41,708 nucleotides of DNA, from positions 34,390,724 through 34,432,431 of the forward strand of contig NC_068993.1 of the NCBI RefSeq assembly GCF_001194135.2, read 5' to 3'. The notes below the pieces were generated by a model. That model was given only the letters and a program-made list of their open reading frames with translations. It ran no database searches and was not told the DNA's origin. The position numbers were made by a program, and so were the translations under genes. Positions 10,691 through 22,735 of this stretch are shown one piece after another. Source of the DNA: Octopus bimaculoides. Its lineage: Eukaryota. Position 1 is the first letter of the stretch, and every line of letters starts with the position of its first letter.

Positions 10691-11143
10691 NNNNNNNNNN
10701 NNNNNNNNNNNNNNNNNNNNNNNNNNNNNNNNNNNNNNNNNNNNNNNNNNNNNNNNNNNNNNNNNNNNNNNNNNNNNNNNNNNNNNNNNNNNNNNNNNNN
10801 NNNNNNNNNNNNNNNNNNNNNNNNNNNNNNNNNNNNNNNNNNNNNNNNNNNNNNNNNNNNNNNNNNNNNNNNNNNNNNNNNNNNNNNNNNNNNNNNNNNN
10901 NNNNNNNNNNNNNNNNNNNNNNNNNNNNNNNNNNNNNNNNNNNNNNNNNNNNNNNNNNNNNNNNNNNNNNNNNNNNNNNNNNNNNNNNNNNNNNNNNNNN
11001 NNNNNNNNNNNNNNNNNNNNNNNNNNNNNNNNNNNNNNNNNNNNNNNNNNNNNNNNNNNNNNNNNNNNNNNNNNNNNNNNNNNNNNNNNNNNNNNNNNNN
11101 NNNNNNNNNNNNNNNNNNNNNNNNNNNNNNNNNNNNNNNNNNN
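10691..11143. other. Assembly gap (others at 8451-8460, 12159-12426, 13617-14088, 23843-24297, 32401-32437, 39825-39924)
   Basis: N runs, mostly abutting microsatellites or repeats. Confidence 0.99.
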
Positions 11144-11229
11144 CCTCTCTTACTATTCAATGACACGCCTACCATTCCTCATGCTGGGGTGAGAGTAATA
11201 GTAAGCAGTGAGGGTTGGGGCGATGATAA

Positions 11230-11265
<36 letters not shown>

Positions 11266-11364
11266 AAAGAGAGAGAGAAAGTAAAGCAGAGGGAGAGAAA
11301 AAATTTAGGGAGAGTTGGTGATAAACGTAGTAGTGTTGATGGTGACAGTGGGAGTAATAATAAC

Positions 11365-11415
<51 letters not shown>

Positions 11416-11940
11416 CATAGGGAGAGTGGGTATGTAAGAGAAAGAGGGAAATGATGTACAACTTTGTTTAACTATGTCTTTTTGACAGAAATTCCTGTGG
11501 CCAACATACTGAACGTCAATTCTTTCACACACATTTAGTCTTTTGCTTTTATCATTTTTCTTTTCTTTTTTGCTTTCTTTAATACACACGCATACACCCA
11601 CACATAAAATACACTTTAATTGAAATAAGGTTTCCCCAAAATCAAATATATCGAATATAATAAATTTGAATGCCATCGTGTGTATGTTCAGACACACGTC
11701 TAGCCGTATGAACTCGTTTTGTGCGCGTGTGCGTATGCGCATATATAGACGTATAGACATATATAAACCTTTTTTGTGCGCGCGCGTGTGTGTGCAAGCG
11801 TGTATGCGGGTATGTATATATATTTTTTGGCGAATGTGTGGGTGAGTATGTGTGTGTTTCAAGTGAGGGTGGATAAGTATATACATATAGGCGCATGTAC
11901 GTGGGTGTGCGGGCGCGCATGTGTATGTAAGGACTGGTGC
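11230..11940 (+). repeat. (GA)n and degenerate (GT/GC)n simple repeats
   Basis: Direct reading. Confidence 0.8.
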
Positions 11941-12088
11941 GCTTACGTGAATACTATGGACATTTTTACTTCCTTACCTTTACTCCCCTTACTTAGTGGT
12001 CATTCTAATAGCTCTTTTGTCTTAATAACGGTCAATCATACAGTAATTTTCCTTTGTTTAACTATCATTTTCATATTTTTTTCGATGA

Positions 12089-12158
12089 CCCGATATCTAA
12101 AGAAATGCTGGCGTGGGTTTCCGCTCCGACATACGAAACTCGGAGTTTTAACATGGCT
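12089..12158 (+). ncRNA. Degenerate hammerhead-like motif (Penelope terminus type)
   Basis: CTAAAGA (G5 mutated), a long partly paired stem II, GAAAC, then near-palindromic AAACTC-G-GAGTTT. Stem I pairs poorly. Confidence 0.35.
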
Positions 12159-12426
12159 NNNNNNNNNNNNNNNNNNNNNNNNNNNNNNNNNNNNNNNNNN
12201 NNNNNNNNNNNNNNNNNNNNNNNNNNNNNNNNNNNNNNNNNNNNNNNNNNNNNNNNNNNNNNNNNNNNNNNNNNNNNNNNNNNNNNNNNNNNNNNNNNNN
12301 NNNNNNNNNNNNNNNNNNNNNNNNNNNNNNNNNNNNNNNNNNNNNNNNNNNNNNNNNNNNNNNNNNNNNNNNNNNNNNNNNNNNNNNNNNNNNNNNNNNN
12401 NNNNNNNNNNNNNNNNNNNNNNNNNN

Positions 12427-12478
<52 letters not shown>

Positions 12479-12484
12479 CTGTAT

Positions 12485-14640
12485 ATACATATAGGGGGAG
12501 AATTTGCAAACAACATAATACGAAGACAGGTGGTGTAGACAACAAACAGATGTATTAGTATAACGCTCGGGAAGTGAAAAAGGCTTTAATGTTTCGAGCC
12601 TACGCTCTTCCACAGAAAGGAACACAGAAAGAAACAAAGAGAGAAAATAAAGAATGTGTAGTGGCTAGCGATCTATTATGGCGAATGCCAGACAGAAGGG
12701 TCACGCAGGAGAAGGAGAGATAATAAGTAGTGGTGCGCGTGTATAAGAAAGTTTGTATGTGCGTGTGGAAGAGGGCTGGTGATCTTGACGTATGTGTGTA
12801 TGCATGTGTAGGTGTGAAAATGTGGAGCTGAGATGTGATCAGTGCCGATGTGTGTAAGGTGGTGTGTTGTGATGTGATGTGTTGTGTGGTATGGTGGTGC
12901 ATGGTGTAGTGGTGTGCGGTGTGGCGTGATGGTGTTGGGAGATGGGGAGGCGAGAGTGGATGTGTAAGGGTGGGGTGGGCTTCCTAGGGAGGGTTTACGA
13001 CGAAGGGGGAAGGAGAAGGTGGATAGGAGTGAGGAGAAGAGAGAAGGGGAGTAGGATTGAAGAGAAGTAGGAGTCACAGCAAGAGAGGAGAACTGGGTGG
13101 GAGAAGTAGGTGTGAGGGGGAAAGAGGCGATGAGAAGAGGTTAGATGAAGAGGGGAGGAGAGTTGAGCCCTTGTGGCGTAAAGGAGCGAAGAGAGGTTAA
13201 TCCCTGTTAACGGCGCAAACAGGAATCCGAATGTCCCCTGTGCAAGGACAATCCGAACACGGACAGGTGTTGCAAAGAGTGACCGGTACAGCGGAAATGG
13301 CGCGAGATCGGGATGTCATTGCCAAGTAGGATGTCTCAGAGGTGCTCCACGAACCGGTCAGCCAAGCGGTGTCCCGTTTGCCCGATGTATAGAGAAGGGC
13401 AGAGAGAGCAGGAGATGAAGCAGATGATATTGGTAGAAGTGCAGGTGAAGGAGTCGGTGATGAGATAGGGTCGATGATGGGTGCCGGTGAGGAGGGTGGT
13501 GTTGGAGAGGTAAGGGCAAGTTCGGAAGCGTGGGCGGGAGCAGAGGAATGAGCCGGGTTGGGAGGTTGGGTTAGGGAAGAAGCTGTGGACCAAGAGTTCT
13601 CGTCGGTTGTGGGCTCNNNNNNNNNNNNNNNNNNNNNNNNNNNNNNNNNNNNNNNNNNNNNNNNNNNNNNNNNNNNNNNNNNNNNNNNNNNNNNNNNNNN
13701 NNNNNNNNNNNNNNNNNNNNNNNNNNNNNNNNNNNNNNNNNNNNNNNNNNNNNNNNNNNNNNNNNNNNNNNNNNNNNNNNNNNNNNNNNNNNNNNNNNNN
13801 NNNNNNNNNNNNNNNNNNNNNNNNNNNNNNNNNNNNNNNNNNNNNNNNNNNNNNNNNNNNNNNNNNNNNNNNNNNNNNNNNNNNNNNNNNNNNNNNNNNN
13901 NNNNNNNNNNNNNNNNNNNNNNNNNNNNNNNNNNNNNNNNNNNNNNNNNNNNNNNNNNNNNNNNNNNNNNNNNNNNNNNNNNNNNNNNNNNNNNNNNNNN
14001 NNNNNNNNNNNNNNNNNNNNNNNNNNNNNNNNNNNNNNNNNNNNNNNNNNNNNNNNNNNNNNNNNNNNNNNNNNNNNNNNNNNNNNNNGATCAGAGGGCA
14101 GTGGGCAGTAAAATAAAGTATCTTGAAGTTGGCGGAGAGCTTCGGTCTTGTAGAGGTCCGCGCCCCACACCACCACGGCTCCACCCTTGTCGGCCAGTTT
14201 TATGATGATACCAGTGTCGCGTCGGAGACATTGAAGGGCTGAGAGTTCGGAAGGAGAGATTTTAGATGACGGGGATGCCAGGAAAAGTTAAACCCGTCCA
14301 CAGCACGCTGGCAGCCGCCCGCAAAAAGATCGACTGCTTGGAACTGGTCAGGAGCTGGCGTCCACTGGGATGGTCGGCGGCCCAGGTCGGTAAAGCAGTC
14401 GTCCTCATTAGATGCAGGTGGAGTGTCGCGGAAAAGCGCACACAACCTAACACGGTGCACAAAGCTGTGGATATCGGTACGAGTCCGGAATTCGTTGCTG
14501 GATGGAGTGAGGGGGATGAAGCGCAGACCCCTATTGAGGAGGGAGCGCTCCACCTCAGAGAGGGGAAGATCTGTAGGAATGGTAACAACAGACTGAAGTG
14601 GAGAAGGGGTCGATGGGATAGCAGTAGGAGGGGTGGATGG
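12485..14640 (-). mobile_element. Penelope-like element, Neptune-type (RT plus GIY-YIG), decayed, internal gap
   Basis: N-terminal LSEVERSLLNRGLRFIP; RT start IIIKPADKGGAVVVWGADLY..EALRQL; linker AHNRRELLVHS, GSFLCSRPRFRTC; GIY-YIG ICFISCSLCPSLYIGQTGHRLADRFVEHL. The 3' end carries a hammerhead-like motif and abuts (TA)n(CA)n. Confidence 0.9.
12584..12619 (-). ncRNA. Minimal type-I hammerhead-like motif with non-canonical core CUGUGGA
   Basis: Minus strand CTTT-CTGTGGA-A-GAGC-GTAG-GCTC-GAAAC-ATT-AAAG: 4-bp stem I and 4-bp stem II with a tetraloop. A6 is replaced by U. Confidence 0.55.
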
Positions 14641-14692
14641 AATAGTAGTAGGAGGGGTGGATGGGATAGAAGTAGGTGGGGTGGATGGGATA
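14611..14692 (+). repeat. 24-bp G-rich tandem repeat, about 3.5 copies
   Basis: Unit ATGGGATAGCAGTAGGAGGGGTGG; the minus frame encodes (IPSTPPTx)n upstream of the Neptune ORF. Confidence 0.85.
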
Positions 14693-14719
14693 GAAATAAC
14701 ACACACATATACATGTTTA

Positions 14720-16400
14720 TATATACATAAGTTGTCACGTGATACGAAAAAGATGTTCTCGAAATAAAGATGATTAAACAGAGAAAAGATTCAACCGACA
14801 TTATAGAAGGATGTTTTTTGTGTAAATGATTATCGCTGTCTTAATCTTTTCAAATATATGCTTTGTAAAGAAATCCAGTTAGAAGTAGCCGTTTGTAGTA
14901 AAGTTTCGGCTTTAGAATTCTTATTGAGTATTTTACTTTTATCTTTTGTAATAATATTTTGAGGAAAAGGGAGAATTTTGAACTTTCCATTTGCACAAAT
15001 GTTTCCATTTGCACAAATGTTTCCATTTGCACAGTTGTTTACTTTGATTTGTTGTTTATGCCCCTTACACAAGTCAATTAGTTGTGGTACTGTGTGTCCC
15101 ACAAGAATTCTATTGCATTGTGGATATGTGATACAGGAAATCAGATATTCTGTTTCGCAATTCATATGAGCAATAACTTTCAATTCTTTGCTAATTTTGA
15201 ATATTTTGGTTTTACCTTTACAATCAATTTATATATCCAACAATGACTGTTTTCCTGTTTTGCTATCTGCATCATTTTTTATTCTGATGTAGACTTCGCT
15301 TTTGTTGAGAATCTTTTAAAATTTGGCGATTGATTTAATAATTGGTCTTAAATTCGGACATATTGTTCGCACATATGTAGTTTCTGGGATTATTAGTGAC
15401 AGCAAATAAAATATTTCTGTTTGTGTCTTTCCTATTATTGTAAGGAATTCTCCGTAACTTAAATATCGATTTGTTTTTTCACACAGTTATGATAGGGATT
15501 ATTACGTTTATTGGGTACTTTTCGTCTCTCTCATCGACTCGAGTCTGTAATTATTAACCATGTAGGTCTTGAAAGAATTAAATGTGTTATATCTTTTAAT
15601 ATGGGATGGATGGCAAGATCTAAAATGTAACTACATCTGTATATCTGTGTCCTTGCAGCTAGAGAGCAACTGTAATGTAATTTTCCGTAATTAGCAAAAT
15701 GTTCAGAAAATAGAGTTCATTTTCATCATGTAAGGGATCGATTCATGAATGCTACACATCATTTTAAAGAATCCTGCAAGGTATTCCTTACCTGTTCCAA
15801 AATATGAAGCACTCATCCAGAAATCTTTTCAAGTTGTCTTTGAAATAATATTGAAATTGCCAATCAAAGTAATCCCATATCAATCAAAAATTTTTTTCTT
15901 CACGAAACCACATCACGAATGTTTCAAACGTGGGTGCAACCCTGGCGCTACTTTTATTTGAAGGTAATTTTGGTTAAGTACTTGTTTGGAAGTGCTAATC
16001 TTAATCATTCGACAAAATGTTCATTTGGGGAAACTGTTTTGAATTTTATATGCGTGTTGTCTATCAGAATCCCACTGCTTCCTATCCCAATCTATGAGGA
16101 ATATTTGTGTTGAGGATGGTCCCGTCGAAATTAGTCACGATCGATTCAATTTTTACTCTTTCTGGAACATAGTTTAGGAAGTCCATGTTTCTCTGATGGA
16201 AATAGGTATTAATTAGTATAATAGTTTTAATACAATGTCCTATGAATTGCTTAACCATCGGGTTCTTGAAGGCTGATTCTGCAACGATAGGCAGGATGAA
16301 ATTTTAAGTCACGCAATTTGGAAAATTGAATATAATAAAATCTTTCAAACTGTTATGGATTTAAAAGGCAATTTTTATATCGAACTTAATGTGGAGGGAT
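14720..16400 (-). mobile_element. Second Penelope-like element family, decayed RT plus GIY-YIG
   Basis: DLKF..(RPIV), VTNFD..LNTNIPHRLG, IKVAP, KRFLDECFIFW (YxDD region), LYFLNILL, then NCETEYLISCITYPQCNRILVGHT...HKQQIK...CANGKFKILPF. Confidence 0.8.
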
Positions 16401-16828
16401 CGTAAGAACATTGAATACTACAGTGTTAGACGTGAAAGGTCCTTTCATTTAGGCGCAAGGTGCATATAAGCCGTAGCAAAAGACAATCGTCTGTTATGGA
16501 CGCAAGAATAGCCACGTCACTTGATTTATGTCTACTATGCCTCCGCGGTGGCGAACGTCCAGTGACCACACACGAGTCAAATCTCACTGCCACTACATAT
16601 AGAATTTCAGTGCATTTTCAGTCGCTGATGCCGTAAATAGCGAGCAGGCTAATTAAAAAAATTATTATTATCGAATTATGTGCTTTTATGCACGATGTGC
16701 CTATATTAAAGGACGCCGCAAGCCTAATGCCGCAGTATTCGGCGTTCTAATAAGACACTCATGCTGGTTATAAAGATTGCCTTTTGATTCCAATACTGCT
16801 TTTGTTACTTATAATTACTTGTTATGGA

Positions 16829-17138
16829 GTGAAGGCACGTGGCTTATTGGTTAGGGTATGGATTTTCAGCTTATGGACGAAAGGTTGTGAGTTCGAAAAT
16901 CGGTAGCACGTTGTGTTCTTGAGCAAGAAACTTTATTTCATATTGCTCCAGTCCACTCAACTGGCAAAAATGAGCAGTACCTATATTTCAAAGGTTGAGC
17001 CTTCTCACATTCTGAGAACTACGTTATGGGTGCGCGTGTTTGTAGTGATTTCGGTCACTTGCACTCAGTTAATTTCACGAACAGGCTACTCCGTTAATCA
17101 GATCAACTGGAAACCACGTCGTTGTTACTGGAATGCCA
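16829..17138 (+). mobile_element. tRNA-derived SINE, family A
   Basis: A box TGGCTTATTGG, B box GAGTTCGAAAA, GTGTTCTTGAGCAAG core; 3' tail shared with the 28415 copy. Confidence 0.85.
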
Positions 17139-17371
17139 GTTTTTCTTATAAATTTCTTAAGATTTATGAAATTTCGGTAGTCCATGCACGTTACTTCTTT
17201 CTACATCAAAATCAGGTAATCCAACACATTTTTTGTTGAAGTCCTTTAAAATTTCTCCATTAATTAACCAATTTTCTTTATTGTTTGTTTCTCTCTTTTG
17301 GCTCCTAAAATTTTGCAGCTCATAATAGAGGTCTATTTCAGTATTATATCTTCAATATCAATACCTTTCTA

Positions 17372-17406
<35 letters not shown>

Positions 17407-17789
17407 ATTATTATTATTATATGTATTTATTTTCTCTTAGTTAATAATTAACTCCGACAAAATAAATTGGTTAATAGATACCAGTGTAGCAAAGATCACA
17501 AAATGACTGTGATGTAACTCTTGTTTATGAGGTAGAAACTCCCTGTTATTTTGGGCAATTGAGTAAATGGAGTAATATTTTGGAAATAAAAGAATTCATT
17601 TAGCATATGCGTATTACTCCATTAATAAATTTAGATCGCCTAATAAATTTTCTGACTGATCTTCCCCTGATTTCGTATCCAGAACTCATCTTTCACACCT
17701 AGTATTAAGACATGCTACGTTTCTTCTCTCTATAGAGATACCCAAAATCCAGTCACAGAAAAATTGTCAGGTCGACACGAGGGCCATCT

Positions 17790-18150
17790 TGGGGTAAATG
17801 CTAATTTCAAATAGTCAGAAGTCATAGAGGCGATTAAAGCGCTTGTATTTGGTAAGGAGGGATGATATTTGACTCGAGATGTTGCCTCGTGTATACAAGT
17901 TAGTTTGGATTTCTGGAAAGACAGCAAAGCAATGGCAATTTGAAGTGATAAACTTAATATTTAAAAAGAAAACAAATAAAAAGAGTACTCTATAAAAATC
18001 TCTTTGTTGTGACTCGATCAAGTCTGAGCTAGGAATCTGGAAAAGAGATATAGGAAAAGTGCTGAGCCCAAGTTAGCTGAAGAGCAGTGTGATTTCCGTC
18101 TTGATCTCAACACAATCGGTCAGATATTCATTCTACGTCTTTTGAGAACT
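17790..18150 (+). mobile_element. RTE-clade LINE fragment (RT N-terminal region)
   Basis: EVIEAIKALVFGK...EEQCDFRLDLNTIGQIFILR matches EVxxAIKxLKxGK and EEQCGFRxxRSTxDQIFxLR. Confidence 0.7.
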
Positions 18151-18159
18151 GTTTGTTAT

Positions 18160-18345
18160 ATTGGTTTAAGAGAAGGGCGATACAATTACATCGACCCAAG
18201 TACTCAACTGGTACGTATTTTATCTACCCTGAAAGTATGAAAAGTAAAGTCGACGTCGGCAGAATTTGAACTCAATGGAAAGATTGAGCAAATGCCGCAA
18301 AGTATTTTGACGGGCGCAATAACGACTCTGGTAGTTCATTGCCTT
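18160..18345 (-). mobile_element. tRNA-derived SINE, family B
   Basis: Aligns with family B (ATTACATCGACCC...GTCGACGTCGGCAGAATTTGAACTC...GCCTT). Confidence 0.8.
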
Positions 18346-18357
18346 ATAAATGTTTGT

Positions 18358-18445
18358 AATATCGATTTTGAATTTAGGCACAAAGCCAGCAATTTCGAGG
18401 GAGAAGATAAATCAATTATATCGACCTCACTGTCCAACTGGTAAA
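18358..18445 (-). mobile_element. Family B SINE, 3' fragment
   Basis: AATTTAGGCACAAAGCCAGCAATTT...ATTATATCGACCTC...CAACTGGTA. Confidence 0.7.
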
Positions 18446-18819
18446 TCATTGCGTATGGAGGGGCTTTGTAAGGTCAGGAAAACAGCATAAATTGGGGACA
18501 CTTTTCGGAGTTTAGCGGAGAAGCTAAAAAACACTAGCAGGGGTATAATGACGGGAAACAGTCTATCAACATGCCAGAGATCAACACAGCGGTACGCTGA
18601 GCCGAAGTGTCACCGCATTTTGTTCAAACACCCAAGAAACTTCACTTAAACAAATACATAAAGGTGTCTCATAAGCGACACATTGCTCATACTGAAAATA
18701 GGAAATATACGTATTATGTAGCTTGTAGTTAGGCAGAGGTTCGTCAACAGCGCTATTACCGCCCACGCATCGGGCATACATGGGCATGTCTGCGTCGATG
18801 GTAGTTGGGCAAATAAATA

Positions 18820-19170
18820 GGTAGGCAGGCGTTTAAGTAGATAGGTAGTTGATTATATAGGTAGGTAGCGTGGTGGTTAGACAGGTGGTTGGTATTTACG
18901 TAAGTAGATAGGCAGGAAGAGATATAGGTATACAGGTAAATATATTGGTAGGCAAGCGCGTACGTAGATAGGAAGGTAGGGATGAGGATAGGTGAACATG
19001 TATGGGGATAGGCAAGTAGAGATACGGGTATGTATGTATGTATGTATGTATGTATGCATGTATGTATGTATGTATGTATGTATGTATGTATGTATGTGTG
19101 TATGTATGTATGTAGGTAGGTACGTATGTATGTTTGTACGTATATAGGAAGGTATGTATGGGAATAGATG
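18820..19170 (+). repeat. Degenerate (TAGG)n grading into (TATG)n
   Basis: Direct reading. Confidence 0.85.
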
Positions 19171-19171
19171 G

Positions 19172-20985
19172 GCACTTTGGTCTAAACTACTTAGTCGCAG
19201 ACACTTTGGTCTGAAAACATTTTCGTCTAAAGACACATTTGTTTCCAAGCATTTTCGTCTAAAATCTCACTCCTCTGAAGACACTTTCGTCTAAAGACAC
19301 CTTGGTATAATGGCACTTTGGTAAGATGATACTTAGGTTAAGTATAACGAACTTGTCTGATTATATCTATTTATAAATAAATTACAAATATAAATAAAAA
19401 TATAAATAAATTACAAATACAGAATAAGAATATAATGAAAATGAAATTTAAAATGAACCCAGATTATGTGCAATACTACGAAGGTAATCTTCCATTGAAC
19501 GATTCTGGTAATTGACAACAACTAGTAATATTTTCTGTATTTTTGCTGCTTTGGTACTTTTCTTCTTGGGGCTTGCCCCTACGGTAAGTTGTTTTTATGA
19601 TTTGTTCTTCTCTTCTTTGAACATTATGAACATTATATGGATTTGAATGTGATTTAACAAAGACACTAAATCGTCTATGTCATGCTTCAATAGAATTAAT
19701 TGTTCGCGCTTTGCCATAAAGTGTGAACCCGTAAACATTCCATTCAAGTATTGAAAATAATTTATTTGCCCGTCTTCCGTTTTGTCTTAGCATTTATTTA
19801 CAAAAGTATTTTCTATGTATTCAATAAACTGCAATGCATTTTCAGGTGCACTTTGTTTCAAGCATTGCAGTCCTATTGTACAACAGCAACAGGCAGAAAG
19901 GCCAAAGCATTCACTTTTCGACAGAATAAAGAAAAGTCTATATCATTATTATAAAGATTTACAATTCCCAATTGCTGAATTTTTCTCCAGATCGATTGGC
20001 AGAAATGGAAAAAAAAAAAAACAAAAAAAAACCAGAAATGTACAGCAATGTCATCAAAAACATATGAAAATGCATTTTGAGCTGCCAGTTCAATGTCTAT
20101 GCTCACCTCTGTCATGTAATTTTCAATTGCGTGAGCTTCCATCTCTTCTACAAGAGCATACAACATTTAAAAGTAAATTTCTTCTGTCTTCCCTGGTAGC
20201 AATACAAAAACAAGAGGATGTATTTCATCGTGGATTTTGGCATGAATTGCATATATTTAGTAAAAGATGTTAGGACATGTTTTAAAAGTTCCATCATCGA
20301 ACCAGTGTTTTGATGAACCTAGCTTTTGCAAGGATGATGGCACTGCAAAAATCAAAATTCTCTCTTGATCATCTTCTCCACTATCATGTACTAACCAGTT
20401 TTCTCCTCCCATGATTATGCTAAATCTGCCTTGAACATCTACATCAGCCGATGATTTTGGAAGCTTGGGAAGTTGTTTATTTCTTACTTTTCGAATATTT
20501 CGAGTGGTGCAAGCATTGGTCGGAAGCAGAGGTTAGGAACCTTTTGGGACCTCATTAATTGCGTCAGAAATACGAAGAATTGAATAATAAACTTTACAAC
20601 TCAAAACCATTGAGATATATCTGAACAACTTAAGGAGGAAACCGAAATTTATCTAGTTAGTGTCATAAAACAAAGAAGTCATTATACCAAAATAATCATT
20701 AGTTCTTTATACAATTATTAGAGTATAGTTATTAGAGTATAGTTATTAGAGTATAGATTATTAAAGTATAGTTATTTAGATGTTTATACATTTATTTTTA
20801 AATTCTATAGATAAAATAGTTATTAGACCAAAGTGAGTTTAGACAAAAATGTCTTTATACTAAAGGGCATTTAGACAAAACTGTCTTTAGACTATAGGAC
20901 ATTTATACAAAAGTCACTTTATACCAAAGTTCCTTAGACCATAGCACATTAGACCGAAGTGGTTTAGACGAAAAGTCCTAGATCC
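19172..20985 (-). mobile_element. Mutator-like (MULE) DNA transposon with inverted terminal arrays of ~15-bp repeats
   Basis: Transposase relic about 20600 to 19448: HWFDDGTFKTCP, IHPLVFVLLPGKTEEIYF, FHFCQSIWRKIQQLG, ALAFLP, WNVY...RTINSIEA*HRRF, EDYLRSIAHNL*. Left array (GACACTTTGGTCTAA-like, 19172-19325) and an inverted right array (20823-20985). Confidence 0.85.
20714..20780 (+). repeat. 14-bp minisatellite (TTATTAGAGTATAG), about 4.5 copies, inside the MULE
   Basis: Direct reading. Confidence 0.85.
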
Positions 20986-21660
20986 ATACACATAAGGATA
21001 TTCATTCCTGATTCACATCCACACCCACATGCAAATACGAGCAAACAAACACACACATACACATAAAAATGTACACAGGGACACAAGAGCATATAACCAT
21101 ACACACACCCACACTCACACACCAAGCATACGCATAAACACACATATAGAGACATAGGTAAGCCTACGCGCGCGCACACACATGCATGCAAATGCACACA
21201 CACCGCGCATGTGTGTGCATACAGTTGCAGGCACACGCGCACCCACACGCGCACCCACACGCGCACCCACACGCACACACGTGCAGCAACAGACACACGC
21301 GCGCCCAGGCACGCAAACACACACGGGGATGCAGGAACACACAGAACACTCACATACATATGCACATACATACACACATACGCAGAGACATACCTGTACA
21401 CATCTAACGTAGTCTCTCCTCCCACTCCTTCTCCAAAAGGAAAGGAATGCATCACACACCCTACACACACCATAAACCCATAAATCTACAGCGGACATGA
21501 CAAAAACGATAGACAAAAGAGCTTACGGATGACAATTGCACACGCACGCCCACAAATAGACACACACACAAGCAATCACACAAACATACACACACCAACC
21601 ACACACGCGGGCGCGCGCACACTTACACATCCACACAAACAAGCCTTTTGATTATTACCA
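20986..21660 (+). repeat. Degenerate (CA/CG)-rich simple repeat field
   Basis: Direct reading; source of the H/T/C/V-rich ORFs. Confidence 0.8.
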
Positions 21661-22066
21661 CCCTTACACTCTCTCTTCTAAACAATCCATACCTACACAC
21701 TCACATCTAGGCATCCATACACTCAGACACAGACCAGTTCTCCGATGGGCGATAAAAGCATTCGAAACGAGTTGGGAAGACACGGTAACTGAAAAGTTTG
21801 CGAAGAGCAACGAAAGAACTGACGAACAAAATAAATAAATAAATAGATAAATAAATAAATAGATGTATTAATAAATAACCAGCAAATTAAACAAATTATC
21901 GATTAGTTAGATATCTAACCTTGCAATGAAAAAGTGGAATTGAATTTGTGCTTGTATTATTTTTTTTTGGGGGGGGGTGGCTTAAGTTCTCTCCAAAAAA
22001 ACAGCAACAAAATTTGTTTCAACACCTATTCACATAAAGAATTTTGAAAACCAAATTCAAATCAAA

Positions 22067-22081
22067 CAACACACACACACA

Positions 22082-22140
<59 letters not shown>
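22067..22140 (+). repeat. (CA)n microsatellite
   Basis: Direct reading. Confidence 0.95.
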
Positions 22141-22142
<2 letters not shown>

Positions 22143-22735
22143 TTTAATTAAATCTGAGTCTATCAAGGATCTATTAACACACTGGAATGTAGCACCTTTC
22201 AATCAAATTCTTTCCCTGACGAAATGTCCAGTTAGCTATATTCAATATGAAACTTTAATCTAATTTAATTTCTCAAATTGAATTAATTGGGCATGGAAAC
22301 AATTGTAGGTGTTAAAAGTTTGTTTTTGTTTGGAATTGAATATGTTCTAATAAAATGATGTCTATATCTCAATTTCTAAGTTTTCTTTTACTCATACATT
22401 TTGTTTGTGTGTGTAAGTGTGCGTGCGTGGGCGTGTAAAATCTCAAGAAGAGATCGGAATAGTGACTATACGAAACAGTAAAGTCAGTCGCCACGTCAAA
22501 GTGGCTGTTGAATGTTACAACTAGTTTAACCGCAGGCAAATTCTCCGCCAGCTGGTTATCTGTGCGACTCTGCACCCTTTATATACTACAATATATTGTT
22601 ATTTCGGGGAGCGAACTCCTACCGCCTTCTTACATGTAAAAGAACCAGTTTGGAGCTATTTGGTCTATCCTCAGTCGTGAGCACCTGCATGTCATAGCGA
22701 TAGCCAGAGCTGATGGCAGTAACTATACTGAGAAG

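Noticed and set aside
10664-14205. ORFs of 120-280 aa containing X runs (also 23649-24399 and 39754-40063)
   Set aside because: Open only because N gaps contain no stop codons.
16420-16780. CpG-richer block possibly from a DNA transposon or promoter
   Set aside because: No terminal repeats, ORF or second copy in the window to support a call.
19172-19325. CRISPR-like array
   Set aside because: Degenerate ~15-bp tandem units without unique spacers, in a eukaryotic transposon end.
22215-22260. CTGACGA...GAAAC hammerhead-like string after (CA)n
   Set aside because: No convincing stem I or stem II.
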